From Obrimoposthia wandeli (Eukaryota): a DNA stretch of 64,000 bases. The stretch is from assembly GCA_977020255.1 (NCBI GenBank), contig CDROCS010000253.1, positions 4,588,001 to 4,652,000 of the forward strand. Reading direction: 5' to 3'. Of the stretch, positions 30,843 through 40,292 are shown piece after piece. Every line of letters starts with the position of its first letter. Within the stretch, counting starts at the first letter, position 1. The notes under the pieces were generated by a model. It saw only the letters and a list, made by a program, of their open reading frames with translations. It searched no databases and had not been told where the DNA came from. Made by a program: the position numbers and the translations under genes.

Positions 30843-32507
30843 TTAAAGATCTAGTTCTAACATGTCTTGCGCAGCTCTTGATACACACAAACACATAAGT
30901 TTATTTAATTTATCGGTATTGGTTAGGCATTTATCTTTATGGATGACATTACCTTTAACTACAGGAACCACGCAAGTTTTACATGCACCTGTTTTACAAC
31001 TGTACGGCACTTCAATACCTTGTGCTAATACCGCATCTAAAATAGATTCTTGGGCTGAAACCGTTATTTTCTTTTGGGAGCGATTAAGTTTCACCGTAAA
31101 GGGTTTTGCACTGGTCTCTACTATATTAACAAAGCGCTCAAAATGTAGATGGGTACTGGCAATGCCATGCTGTTGAGCAATATTTAGCAACTGATCTATC
31201 ATCTTTTTCGGGCCACAAAAGTAAAAGTGAGCATTCGTGGGTGATGTGATTAATAGCTCTTCTACATTCAGTTTATTGCCTTGATCTGCTGCATATAAAT
31301 ATAATTTATTGCCTAACTGACTGATTAATCGACCACTAAAGGCCATTTCATCAATTGAGCGACCACAATAATGTAATGAAAAGTCACGTTGCTGACTTGA
31401 TAACGTTAAGGCCATCGATTTAATTGGCGTAATACCAATACCGCCTGCGATCAAAACAACGGCATCAGTTGACTGTTCAAGGGGAAAGTAATTTTGAGGA
31501 GGCGAACAGTCTAATTTCAGCCCAAGTGTGAAATGTTGATGAATAATAGCAGAGCCACCTTGCTCATTGAAATCATTCTGCTCATTCAGTACGGCTATTT
31601 CATAACAATCGGTTCTATCGGGGTTTGAACAAATTGAATAATGTCTGTGCGTTAACGTGCCGTTTGTTAATACCACAGGTATTGCCAAATGTGCCCCAGC
31701 CTCAAAGTCAGGTAATGTTTCACCCTTTGCATGTTTGAGTTCAATCGCTCTAATACGAGGGGTTAGTTGTCTAATACCACTAATAACCAGCGGTAACTCT
31801 CCCTCTCCTGATCTTGGTGGATAACTAGGTAATATTGGTTCTTGTGATGAACCTTGCTTAGATGAAAATACTTGCTGCTGTTTTGTCTGAGTCTTTGACT
31901 GAGCTTTCGACTGCGCTTCTAACTGTGCTTTGACTTCTGATAACTCATTATTTAGCGGAGCAATTAATGACTCAAGTTCACTTTCACTATATCTAGGAGT
32001 TATATGCTGCGGGCAATTCCAATCAAACGCTTCAACTTTAATGACGAAACCACGCTCTACTTTAGCTCGATAACTATCATCTTCAAGACTAACCAGTGTT
32101 TGCCAATCATCTTCGGCTACTTGACTGATTCGTCCCATCAATTTTAAACGACGTTTATTAGGATAATCGACAAAGATCACAGCAACACGATCATTATTCC
32201 GGAAATTTCCTGCACTGACATACTGGCGATTACCTTGATAGTCCGCAAAACCTAATGTGGAAGCATCAAGTACTTTTAAAAAACCTCTAGGCCCACCACG
32301 GTGTTGAACATAAGGCCAATCGGTTTCACTGACACTCGCCATATAAAAGCTATCTCGCAGAGCAATAAACTCAGCTTCAACTGTGGATAAAAGAAAATTG
32401 TAATGCTCTCCTTGATCCATACTGGCATAGCCCGCTCGACTATTTTGCTCTTGCTGCATTGCTCTTACTGAATCAGTAAATGCAAGTTGTGCATATTTAT
32501 GTGCCAT
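30843..32507 (-). CDS. Pyridoxamine-5'-phosphate-oxidase-like FMN domain fused to a PDR/VanB-type reductase (FNR + 2Fe-2S)
   Basis: PYVQHRGGPRGF and WNCPQHI in the N-domain; RHYSICS, GGIGITP, CGP; C-terminal CKTGACKTC...CLC ferredoxin. Start ATG 32507 has an AGGAG RBS. Confidence 0.9.
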   Translation of the reverse strand: MAHKYAQLAFTDSVRAMQQEQNSRAGYASMDQGEHYNFLLSTVEAEFIALRDSFYMASVSETDWPYVQHRGGPRGFLKVLDASTLGFADYQGNRQYVSAGNFRNNDRVAVIFVDYPNKRRLKLMGRISQVAEDDWQTLVSLEDDSYRAKVERGFVIKVEAFDWNCPQHITPRYSESELESLIAPLNNELSEVKAQLEAQSKAQSKTQTKQQQVFSSKQGSSQEPILPSYPPRSGEGELPLVISGIRQLTPRIRAIELKHAKGETLPDFEAGAHLAIPVVLTNGTLTHRHYSICSNPDRTDCYEIAVLNEQNDFNEQGGSAIIHQHFTLGLKLDCSPPQNYFPLEQSTDAVVLIAGGIGITPIKSMALTLSSQQRDFSLHYCGRSIDEMAFSGRLISQLGNKLYLYAADQGNKLNVEELLITSPTNAHFYFCGPKKMIDQLLNIAQQHGIASTHLHFERFVNIVETSAKPFTVKLNRSQKKITVSAQESILDAVLAQGIEVPYSCKTGACKTCVVPVVKGNVIHKDKCLTNTDKLNKLMCLCVSRAAQDMLELDL

Positions 32508-32618
32508 TGTTCGACTCCTGCTAGTCACTAAACTAGGTTGCTAACTAAATATTTCGAATTGCACCAATGAAAATAGTCCAAATTAACGCCCTATTCATTT
32601 GGACTATTAATGCGAATA

Positions 32619-33164
32619 TTATGATACTTTTTGCAAGGCAACTTTAGGGAAATCGATAGCGACACGACTTGCCTTACCTAAAATATTTGTCATGATATTC
32701 ATACCCACATGGGTAATAATTTCAACAATCTCAGCATCTGAATAACCTACATTGCGAACTTCTAATAACTCAGCTGTCGTTACTTCACCATTATGTTCAG
32801 CTAAAGAGCGTGCAAATTTAACCGCGATAGCTGCTTGTGCATCTTGACTACCGCCGGCTCTATTTTCAGCCATTTCATCTTCCGTTAAACCCACGCCTCT
32901 ACCTATTGCAGTATGTGCTGAAACACAATATTCACAGCCATTTTTTTCAGCCAAACCTAAGGCAATACGCTCTTTAGTTTTAGCCGTTAACTCTCCCTCG
33001 TTAGCTATAGAGTGTAAACCTAAAAAGGCTTTTAAGGCTGCGGGTGAATTAGCGAATACTTTTAAGAAGTTTGGCACCATACCAAGCTGACTCGTTATGG
33101 CGGTGTAAAGCGCGGCTTGTTCTGGATTTGCTTGCTCAGGGGTTACTAAATTAATACGGCTCAT
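32619..33164 (-). CDS. AhpD/carboxymuconolactone-decarboxylase family peroxidase-related protein
   Basis: GMVPNF and ERIAL...NGCEYCVSAH (CxxC-x3-H) AhpD core. Confidence 0.92.
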   Translation of the reverse strand: MSRINLVTPEQANPEQAALYTAITSQLGMVPNFLKVFANSPAALKAFLGLHSIANEGELTAKTKERIALGLAEKNGCEYCVSAHTAIGRGVGLTEDEMAENRAGGSQDAQAAIAVKFARSLAEHNGEVTTAELLEVRNVGYSDAEIVEIITHVGMNIMTNILGKASRVAIDFPKVALQKVS

Positions 33165-33398
33165 TGTTATTCCTTTCTTTTCTGTTTATATGATTGTTTG
33201 TTTTTATGCTACGAGGTTTTAGCAACGCTGCACTGTGTTTTTCTGTCATGTATCGCTTACTTGTTGCCATCTCATCTAAAGATAAATACTGCTAATCAAG
33301 CGATAAAGCTATTGTGGAATAAAACGGTTTAATTAAGAATAAGCATGATTTACAATTAATTATTCCAAATAATGAAACAATAAACAGGAAAAAATACA

Positions 33399-34298
33399 AT
33401 GGATTTATTTCATTTAATGAAGGTTTATATTGCTGTTGCTGAAGAACAAGGCTTCTCTGCGGCAAGTAGACGTCTAAATATGTCTCCACCTACGGTAACT
33501 AGAGCCGTTGCGCATTTAGAAGATAAATTGAAAGTAAAACTACTCAATAGAACCACACGTTATGTCAGAATGACTGAGGCGGGCGCCCGTTATTTGGACG
33601 ATGCGAAAAGAATTTTGCACGATGTGAATATTGCTAACGAAGCGGCTTTAGGTATCAACTCAACACCACAAGGAAAAATTAGCGTCACTGCCCCAGTGCT
33701 TTTTGGACAGCAGTTTGTACTGCCATCCATCACCGACTATTTACTGCGTTTTCCGCAAACACAAGTTAATGCTGTTTTCTTAGACAGAGTAGTTAATTTA
33801 CTCGAAGAAGGTCATGACGTGGGCATTCGCATTGGTGAACTGCTTGACTCAAGTATGCGCGCTAAGAAAGTAGGTAATGTTAGATTAATACTCGTAGCCT
33901 CCCCTGAGTATTTAGCAAAAAAGGGAATTCCAAAAAACTGTCAGGAGCTAACACAACATACGCTCATTGCGGCCAATACTGGTAGCCTTAACCCAGATTG
34001 GCAATTTCTGGTCAATAAACAGAACCAAACGGTAAAAATAAATCCTCGATTAACCGTTACCACAAATCAGGCGGCAATTAACGCGGCAAAAAATGGTTTA
34101 GGCATAACCCGAATTATTTCATATCAAGTTGCTGATGAGCTTAGAAATAATACCCTTAAAATTGTATTAGAAGCTTTTGAGCATCCTGCTAAGCCAATTA
34201 ATATAGTACATAGAGAAGATAAGTTTTCTTCAGCTAAAGTGAGAAGCTTTATCGACTTACTAGCTAAACAGCTTCAGTCTAACCCTGCTTTAAACTAA
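33399..34298 (+). CDS. LysR-family transcriptional regulator
   Basis: N-terminal HTH (FSAASRRLNMSPPTVTRAVAHLE), substrate-binding domain, divergent from the AhpD operon. Confidence 0.96.
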   Translation: MDLFHLMKVYIAVAEEQGFSAASRRLNMSPPTVTRAVAHLEDKLKVKLLNRTTRYVRMTEAGARYLDDAKRILHDVNIANEAALGINSTPQGKISVTAPVLFGQQFVLPSITDYLLRFPQTQVNAVFLDRVVNLLEEGHDVGIRIGELLDSSMRAKKVGNVRLILVASPEYLAKKGIPKNCQELTQHTLIAANTGSLNPDWQFLVNKQNQTVKINPRLTVTTNQAAINAAKNGLGITRIISYQVADELRNNTLKIVLEAFEHPAKPINIVHREDKFSSAKVRSFIDLLAKQLQSNPALN

Positions 34299-34510
34299 GC
34301 CTTCATCACAAATAAACTACCCATGATGCTAGATAGTTCTCAAGGTAATTGCGTTCTATCGGCTTATCCATATGCCAAGTTGACGTAGTGGATTAAAAAA
34401 TTTATTATCTTCAGATACTTTTAAAATTTACCAAGTGTTAACCAAATAATTACTATTAGTTAACGGATTTAAAGTCATTAAAAATGATTTATTACAGGGA
34501 AGAACAATCC

Positions 34511-36049
34511 ATGATTAGTAAAAAAAACAAACTGCTCACCTCCTCAGCCCTTGCACTATCTCTTGCAGCCTGCGGTGGCAGTGGCTCTGACAATTCAGAG
34601 CTAGTGTCAGTAAAAACACCCGTGCCAGTGCTAACACCAATACCAGCGCCAATTCCAGTACCAGTACCAGTACCAATTCCAGCTCCCATCAGTACCACAA
34701 TCAACTCTAGCGGAAAAGTTATCGATGGATATGTAGAAGGCGCGACAGTATGGTTAGATTTTAACGGTGATGGCAAATATGACAAACAAACAGAACCCTC
34801 TACCATCTCTGGCGAATCAGGTGATTACAGCTTTGACTTCACCGAAGAACAAGCATCATGTGTCCCGTATTCAACTACCTATGTCGATGTTCCCGTTGGC
34901 GCTATGGATCTTGACCTTGGCAAAGTGACCGAAGCTTATCAAATGTCATTTTCACCATCCATCGAACCAATATCCGATGGTGATATCCGCAATATTTCAC
35001 CACTAACCTCCGTTATTTGGGAACAGCTAAAAAGCCAACTCCAAGATAATGATAAAGGTAATTTAACCTGTGATAAGCTAAAACAAGACGGTAATCTTCG
35101 CTACGAAATAAAAAATGAAGTGGAAGATGTAATGCGTAATCTGGTGCAGCACTACAACCTATCGGAAGCTCAAATCTATTCTGATTTTATCGCTTCTAAC
35201 GACAGCGAAACTTATGATCGCGCTCAATCAATTGTCAAAGGTCTAAAAGCTGCATATAAATATAAAAAAGCACTTGAAGGTACTAACCCTGACGCAACTG
35301 AAATCCGTGTCACTGTTTACCAAAATGCCAGCAAAGATGAAGAATATGGCTTCACGGACGCATGGTATCGCGATGAAATTATTTTCCTCGATACAGGATA
35401 CTCCTTTGAAGAAGTAAAACTGACTGACGATAAATCACATGGTCACGTTGATGTCATTCTAACAAAGCTCCGCAGAATCAATCAACCTTGGGGTAACAAA
35501 GACCTTAATGGATTGCTAAGTCTTCGCCAAGACACCTACCGTAACAAGGACAAGACTTATCGCTGTGGCAGTATAGAACGTGTAAGTTTCGATAAAAACG
35601 GCGTGAATTACGAGCTAAATAATTCATTTAGCGGCAACACGTCATTTACAACAATAGAAGCATGCTCAAACGATAATCTAGCCACTCCATATGAGCGCAA
35701 CTACACCTTTATGTTTACCAAAGAAAATACAAGGTACACAACTGATTTGTTTTTTAGAGAGCAAAATGAAGAGTTCACCACACTACCAGATTGGATCAAC
35801 GTAAAAGAAAAGAGCGAGATGTTAGCCGCCACAGAGATGATCAATCATATGTCAGTAATTGCCATCGGTTGGGACGACGAAGTCATTGTTGATACTGATT
35901 ACTGGCGTAAACGCATGGAGTACGACAATATAGTTATTGACAAAAACAATGACAATGAATGGCTCAAGTCGACATTAAATGAAGACAACACCAGAAACTA
36001 CGAATGTAGCATAGATGGCGTGAATTGGATTACATGTAAAGGCTATTAA
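34511..36049 (+). CDS. Surface lipoprotein of unknown function with Pro-rich linker
   Basis: Lipobox LAA-C, (Pro-X)n linker, GKVIDGYVEGATVWLDFNGDG Ig-like/Ca-binding-type module; start ATG 34511. Confidence 0.85.
   Translation: MISKKNKLLTSSALALSLAACGGSGSDNSELVSVKTPVPVLTPIPAPIPVPVPVPIPAPISTTINSSGKVIDGYVEGATVWLDFNGDGKYDKQTEPSTISGESGDYSFDFTEEQASCVPYSTTYVDVPVGAMDLDLGKVTEAYQMSFSPSIEPISDGDIRNISPLTSVIWEQLKSQLQDNDKGNLTCDKLKQDGNLRYEIKNEVEDVMRNLVQHYNLSEAQIYSDFIASNDSETYDRAQSIVKGLKAAYKYKKALEGTNPDATEIRVTVYQNASKDEEYGFTDAWYRDEIIFLDTGYSFEEVKLTDDKSHGHVDVILTKLRRINQPWGNKDLNGLLSLRQDTYRNKDKTYRCGSIERVSFDKNGVNYELNNSFSGNTSFTTIEACSNDNLATPYERNYTFMFTKENTRYTTDLFFREQNEEFTTLPDWINVKEKSEMLAATEMINHMSVIAIGWDDEVIVDTDYWRKRMEYDNIVIDKNNDNEWLKSTLNEDNTRNYECSIDGVNWITCKGY
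34636..34689 (+). repeat. Hexamer (Pro-X) coding repeat
   Basis: CCAATA CCAGCG CCAATT CCAGTA CCAGTA CCAGTA CCAATT CCAGCT CCCATC; three exact CCAGTA copies at 34655-34672. Confidence 0.85.
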
Positions 36050-36137
36050 TACGAATAATGGTAAGCATATAAAATGATGCGAGAATTGAATAGATTGTAG
36101 ATATATAAAATTATTGATATCTATTTTTCTATATTCT

Positions 36138-36173
36138 AGACATTTAAGGCACTATAAAGTGCGTTAAATGTCT
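36138..36173. repeat. Long intergenic hairpin
   Basis: AGACATTTAA-G-GCACT-ATAA-AGTGC-G-TTAAATGTCT: 15 paired bases with one G/G mismatch and no U-tract. Confidence 0.7.
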
Positions 36174-36243
36174 GCCAGAATAAGTCGATCTTCAGGCGTT
36201 CTACCTTACTTACCTAGCAAAAAATAGCCACTTTTTTAATTCT

Positions 36244-36266
36244 GCCACCCATGATAAGTATTGAAT
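36244..36266. repeat. Left inverted motif flanking the HUH transposase
   Basis: GCCACCCATGATAAGTATTGAAT is 18/23 identical to the reverse complement of 37512-37534. Confidence 0.65.
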
Positions 36267-36477
36267 TAACGAATTAACTATAATGATAACTACAAGCAAT
36301 CATGACAAACTGATTGAAGATTTTCAGGTTAAATAAAATAGGTATTTATAACGTAATCTATTTGGGTTATTGCCTTATTATTCAGATTGCCCAATTCATG
36401 GAGGGTTAGCTTAGTTTTGATTTAGCTACGCCCGTCACCTTAAGGTAACAGTAATTTTTCTGCTGATAATAGAGGAA

Positions 36478-37458
36478 CTATGCGCTATTTAAACAGGCTT
36501 GAGCATTGGCTATACCGTGTGCGCGTTGTAAGCCAACATGTTCACTAAATTCACCTAAGTGCTCCGCGGTACCTACCGCACCTGTGAAGATACTTTCAAA
36601 ATTCGTGGTCAATTTTATCCAGCTTTCATCACTGATATGAATCCTTGCTAGAATACTTGCTGTTTTATCATTGATAGCACCACGTTTGTCATCACGCAAG
36701 ATACGCCCTGTTTCATCAACTAGTGTTAAGTAGTCTTGTAAACTAAAGCAAATTCCCGTTGTTTTGTGTTGGTGTTCGTTACCCGTAAAAGGTAATAACG
36801 AGCTTGGTTGTTCACCTTTAATCACGGCTTTGATGCGTAGTTGAATACTGGTAAAGTCAGACTGCTCTGATGTTCGGGCAATGCCTGCCCGTACGGGATT
36901 TAAATCAACATAAGCCATGCACGACAGTAATGCCCCTTCATCAAGTAATGCCTGTGATTTAAAACGCCCTTCCCAAAAGTGCCCTGTACAGTTGTCTTCT
37001 TTGTTTGCTTGTCGGGCAATAGGCTCATTGAGCGAACGCATAAACCAACTGATATCAATTAATCGCTTTTTATACACATCAGCCGTACTTTCAACCATCG
37101 CCAATTGAAACTTATCAAGCGCTTGGTTATTTTGATATTTTTGAGTCAGTAGTGTGCCCTTGAATAATAGATGCCAACGCGTAAGCACTTCGCCTGTTGA
37201 CCAGTTTTTGACTTGCTCGACATCTACGTGTAATACGAGATGTAAGTGATTATGCATTACTGCATGGGCACAAATATCGATAGAAAATACCTGAGCTAAT
37301 TGAAAAATACGCTTTTCAATCCATGTACGCCTATGTTCAAAACTGGCGCCTGTCTCCCTATCTACCCCACACAAAAATGCCTTTCGTACCGTGCGGCTGC
37401 AAATGTGATAATACGGCGTATCTAATAAACTAATTTGTTGTGAACGAGGCTTAGGCAT
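36478..37458 (-). mobile_element. RAYT-like Y1 HUH tyrosine transposase (IS200/IS605 TnpA superfamily, long form)
   Basis: YYHICSR strand, HUH motif MHNHLHLVL, FWEGRFKSQ, catalytic Tyr in YVDLNPVRAG; uninterrupted ORF of about 326 aa from ATG 37458; no tnpB nearby. Confidence 0.9.
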
Positions 37459-37506
37459 AACAATCACCAAACTTAACAAAGGTAAATTAAGCTTAGTTTA
37501 GTGATT

Positions 37507-37584
37507 GAAATATGCACAAATTATTATGGGTGGCCTAATAAGTTCAGAAATATGCACAAATTATTATGGGTGGCCTAATAAGTT
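37507..37584. repeat. Tandem duplication (2 x 38 bp identical, 40-bp period) containing the right inverted motif
   Basis: GAAATATGCACAAATTATTATGGGTGGCCTAATAAGTT at 37507-37544 and 37547-37584; partial third copy CCTAATAAGTT at 37591-37601. Confidence 0.95.
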
Positions 37585-37616
37585 AAGTTACCTAATAAGT
37601 TATAGTCTGATGAATA

Positions 37617-37653
37617 GCTGCAAAAACAATCTCGAAAGATCAACAGACCCTAG
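37617..37653 (-). mobile_element. Terminus of a CTAGGG-type miniature element
   Basis: Minus strand CTAGGGTCTGTTGATCTTTCGAG, 17/20 identical to 8101-8120; the inner boundary is approximate. Confidence 0.55.
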
Positions 37654-37656
37654 TGA

Positions 37657-38865
37657 TTATACTACCAGACTAGGTTGGGCTCCGCACTCGGCCATAACGA
37701 CTTTGTTTCGCCCCGTTGCTTTAGCTTTGTATAAGGCTGTATCTGCGGCCTCTAAATAGAGACAAAGGTCAGGACTATCTTCCTCTATCATTGCCAGACC
37801 AATACTGACAGTAGTACAAAAGTCTTCTCCTTTTTTTGATTTAAGAGTAAGTGAAGACATAAATTCACTAATTCGCTTGGCTATATTTTTTACATCAGCG
37901 TGGTCAATGTCGACGCATAACACGACAAATTCTTCACCACCAAATCGGGCTACTATATCGGTTGAACGAGTATTTTCTGTCAGGCAATGAGCAAATTCGA
38001 TTAAAACATCATCGCCTGTAGCGTGCCCATAAGTGTCATTAACTAACTTAAAATGATCTAAATCGAATGCCATGATTGCGCAAATATTTTCTCCTTGTAT
38101 GTGACGCTTTATTGCTACTTCTGACAGTAAATTAAACCCCCTACGATTAAGCAGTCCAGTAAGAGGATCACTCTGAACTAATCCGTTCAACTTAGATTGA
38201 AGGCGCTCAGCGGAAATGAGCATCAATCCAAACATAGAAGTAACTTGAATAAAAACAACGGTAATAAATGTTTCGATACTGTAAGTCATTGAACTGCTGA
38301 TTAGTGGTGGGAGGCTAGACGGTAAGGTAATCACTTTAAAAATAGACAGCACTGCGACCACAGTAAAGCCGCAACCAACTAAAACTGAAGTGATTAGTCG
38401 TGGAGAACGGTAACTGATAAATTCTTTGGCTATTGCAAACTGATAAAACGCCAAAGTTAGAAATAACATTATATAACCAGTTCGAAATAACGCACCGTCT
38501 TCAATCCATTCTAAGGCTACCAATGCTCTGGCACTTACAGAGAAAGCGACGACAATCAAGGCGGGTAACATAATTAGCAATGGGTGTAGTCGTTTTCTCT
38601 TAAAGAAGTATCTTGATGCACTCCACCACATTGCATGAGTGGCCATAACAGCGATTACTACAAATAATATAAGTGATGGGTGAGGCGACTCGAGGTCCAG
38701 CAATATGGAAGAAAAACATACCGCCAATGCAAGATGCCCCCCAGCCCATAGTGTCATCCCCGACATACGCAGAATAGAAAAACGAGCATAAATGTAGGCA
38801 AAAAAAGCTAATATGTTCAGTGTTGAAAGTATCAACACTAATGTTCTAATATCAAATTCTTCCAT
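37657..38865 (-). CDS. Integral membrane diguanylate cyclase
   Basis: About seven TM helices followed by a GGEEF domain with RxxD I-site (RSTD). Confidence 0.93.
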   Translation of the reverse strand: MEEFDIRTLVLILSTLNILAFFAYIYARFSILRMSGMTLWAGGHLALAVCFSSILLDLESPHPSLILFVVIAVMATHAMWWSASRYFFKRKRLHPLLIMLPALIVVAFSVSARALVALEWIEDGALFRTGYIMLFLTLAFYQFAIAKEFISYRSPRLITSVLVGCGFTVVAVLSIFKVITLPSSLPPLISSSMTYSIETFITVVFIQVTSMFGLMLISAERLQSKLNGLVQSDPLTGLLNRRGFNLLSEVAIKRHIQGENICAIMAFDLDHFKLVNDTYGHATGDDVLIEFAHCLTENTRSTDIVARFGGEEFVVLCVDIDHADVKNIAKRISEFMSSLTLKSKKGEDFCTTVSIGLAMIEEDSPDLCLYLEAADTALYKAKATGRNKVVMAECGAQPSLVV

Positions 38866-39078
38866 ATTATCTCTCTAACATTGTGTCGTAGCTATCCAAA
38901 CGATATAAGATAGGATATCGAGAGAGTAACCGTCAAAATGCTTAAATACAACTCTAGTACTGATTTATAAAGTTCAGAGTTATAGAATAAAATGTGCAAA
39001 GCCCTCAGAATATGAGTTAGTAGTTCACGCTAGTTACATAACTAGCGTGAATAAGGGTTTAAAGCTTAAATGAATTTA

Positions 39079-40221
39079 CTATTTTTTCAATTCATTAGCC
39101 TTTAATAACATCGATTTACTTTCTTCGAGGAAATCTCCAGCATAATCGCCAAACCAATCAGAAACATGATTAAACATATCAACAAAAGCATCTTTATCAT
39201 CAAGGCTGACATCTTCAAGTAGTTCTAAAAATCGATAAGCAAACCGTTTCATCATGCTTACATTCTCTTTATTAGCAAAAATAATATCAGCATAAAGGGT
39301 AGGGTCTTGAGCAAATAATCGCCCGACCATAATCAGCTCTAATCGATAAATGGGTGAACTCATCGCGACCAAGTTTTCGATATCAGCCCCTTCGCTCATC
39401 AAATGATAACCGTAAGCAATGGTAGAGAAATGTCGCATAACTTGCACCATCGACATGGCTTCATCATGCTCGTGTGCTTGCACGGGATGAATTTTAGCGC
39501 CCCACACTTCAAACTGCTCAATTAACCATTGGTACTGCTCTGGGTGGCGACCTTCACAGCTAATGATGGTTTGTTTAATTAAGCCGGTCACATCAGGACC
39601 AAACATGGGATGTAAACCAACGACAGGGCCAGCATGTACCTTTTTCATTTCAAACAAAGGCGACGCTTTAATACTGGTTAAATCAGCAAGAATACAATCT
39701 TTTGGTAAGTTATCAAGATGATGTATAACCATAGTAGTAAGGCGTATAGGCACAGCAACAATAACCAAACTTGCATCCGCTAATATAGCGTCACTGTTCG
39801 GCCAGTCGTTTTGCTCAATAATGGCAACTTGGTAACTCGAACGCTGAAATAAGTCGACAAAAACAGCGCCTAGCTGCCCTTTACCACCCACCACAACCAC
39901 TTTTTTGCACGTTGGGTTAACACAGCGATAGCCACTGGCATCTTGACTTACGTAAGAGTCACGCATTAAACGGCGTAAAACATCTTCAATTAAATCAGGT
40001 GATAAACCAGCATCGCTCGCTTGTAATCGTCTTTTAGTAAATAGACTTGCTTCGCGTACGGGGTCGTAAATAGGCTTGCCTACATCACTCTTTAATTGAC
40101 CTACTTTACTGGTAACGCTGAGTCGCCTTTGTAATAACTTGACTAAATCACTGTCAATTTCATCAATTTCGTCACGTAAACTGGTTAACTTTTTATCAAA
40201 GTCGAGGTCTGAATTTGTCAT
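39079..40221 (-). CDS. tyrA: Bifunctional chorismate mutase / prephenate dehydrogenase (T-protein)
   Basis: N-terminal AroQ domain (LRDEIDEID), VVGGKGQLG Rossmann motif, GLHPMFGP. Confidence 0.96.
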   Translation of the reverse strand: MTNSDLDFDKKLTSLRDEIDEIDSDLVKLLQRRLSVTSKVGQLKSDVGKPIYDPVREASLFTKRRLQASDAGLSPDLIEDVLRRLMRDSYVSQDASGYRCVNPTCKKVVVVGGKGQLGAVFVDLFQRSSYQVAIIEQNDWPNSDAILADASLVIVAVPIRLTTMVIHHLDNLPKDCILADLTSIKASPLFEMKKVHAGPVVGLHPMFGPDVTGLIKQTIISCEGRHPEQYQWLIEQFEVWGAKIHPVQAHEHDEAMSMVQVMRHFSTIAYGYHLMSEGADIENLVAMSSPIYRLELIMVGRLFAQDPTLYADIIFANKENVSMMKRFAYRFLELLEDVSLDDKDAFVDMFNHVSDWFGDYAGDFLEESKSMLLKANELKK

Positions 40222-40292
40222 TAATGTCTCTTATCTAAAACATAGTATTTGAAGCATATTACATAATGCCTTTAAAATAGAAAAACGCGACA

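Noticed and set aside
33292-33489. 65-aa ORF on the minus strand
   Set aside because: It overlaps the LysR start antisense and the AT-rich divergent promoter, and has no RBS or motif.
36138-36173. Integron attC site (GTTAAAT core present)
   Set aside because: The inverse core reads ATTTAAG rather than RYYYAAC, the span is about 28 bp (attC sites are about 57-141 bp), and no integrase is in the window.
36478-37458. Classical IS200/IS605 element with TnpB
   Set aside because: No RuvC-type tnpB is adjacent, and the protein is about twice the length of IS200 TnpA with RAYT-type NPVRAG.
37507-37601. CRISPR array
   Set aside because: Only two adjacent copies with a 2-bp gap, no unique spacers and no cas genes; this is a tandem duplication.
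37505-37759. 84-aa ORF on the plus strand
   Set aside because: It runs through the tandem repeat, a MITE end and antisense to the GGDEF gene, and has no recognisable motif.
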